From contig NC_068991.1 of the NCBI RefSeq assembly GCF_001194135.2, forward strand, positions 10,338,221-10,402,220: 64,000 bases of DNA, read 5' to 3'. The translations under genes and the position numbers were made by a program. Of this stretch, positions 63,386 to 64,000 are shown piece after piece (position 1 is the stretch's first letter; each line of letters opens with the position of its first letter). This DNA is from Octopus bimaculoides. Taxonomy: Eukaryota. Below the pieces are notes generated by a model. That model was not told the DNA's origin, searched no databases, and worked only from the letters and a program-made list of their open reading frames with translations.

Positions 63386-64000
63386 CTGGATGGAGAGAAA
63401 TAAAAGAGGAGACATGAAGAAAAGCATAGGCTCTGAACATGCAAACCATTCCAACTCTATTTAGCTCAGATTTTACTCAGGCATAATCACATCTTGTGTA
63501 TGATTTGAGAGAGATTTGGCTGCCGTTTCTTATTTCTTTACTGCCCACAAGGAGCTAAACATAGAAGGGGACAAACAAGGACAGACAAAGGGATTAAGTC
63601 GATTACATCGACCCCCCAGTGCGTAACTGGTACTTAATTTATTGACCCTGAAAGGATGAAAGGCAAAGTCGACCTTGGCGGAATTTGAACTCAGAACGTA
63701 GTGGCTGATGAAATACCTGCTGTTTCTAGCAGGTCGAGTATCCAGGTAGAGTTTCCTCATGTAGCATCAGCACAAGAGAGAGAGTATCCTACTGACAGAC
63801 ATTCAACTGTCATCATCATCATCATCACCACCATCACTTAACATCCATTTTCCATGTTGGTGGAGAGCTATACCACATTCCATTTGTCTGTCTTGGCATG
63901 ATCTCTATGGCTAGACAGCCTTCTTAACACCAACACACACCAGCAATATTTAACCCTTTTGATACCAACCCGGCTGAAACCGCCTCTGGCTCTCTAGTAC

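Overview
Repeat-rich, gapped animal genomic DNA, almost certainly an octopus (the first gene matches cephalopod retinal PLC-beta; SINE families and (TA)n/(GATA)n/(AAT)n microsatellites are dense). Three spliced protein-coding genes are supported. (1) The first coding exon of a PLC-beta on the minus strand (5248-5346), with the rest of the gene lying left of the window. (2) A three-part, intron-containing PhnZ-family HD-domain diiron organophosphonate oxygenase on the plus strand (18238-23736), with part of its catalytic end hidden in an N-gap. (3) About 970 codons in 27 recognisable exons of LRPPRC on the minus strand (32658-63385), whose 5' end lies right of the window and three of whose exons are inferred to sit in N-gaps. 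The intergenic and intronic DNA holds several SINE families, RTE and CR1 LINE fragments, Tc1/mariner remnants, hAT MITEs with target-site duplications, and at least two well-formed Penelope-type hammerhead ribozyme motifs. Most interesting: the animal PhnZ-like C-P bond-cleaving enzyme, then the hammerheads. All homology calls come from remembered motifs; no searches were run.
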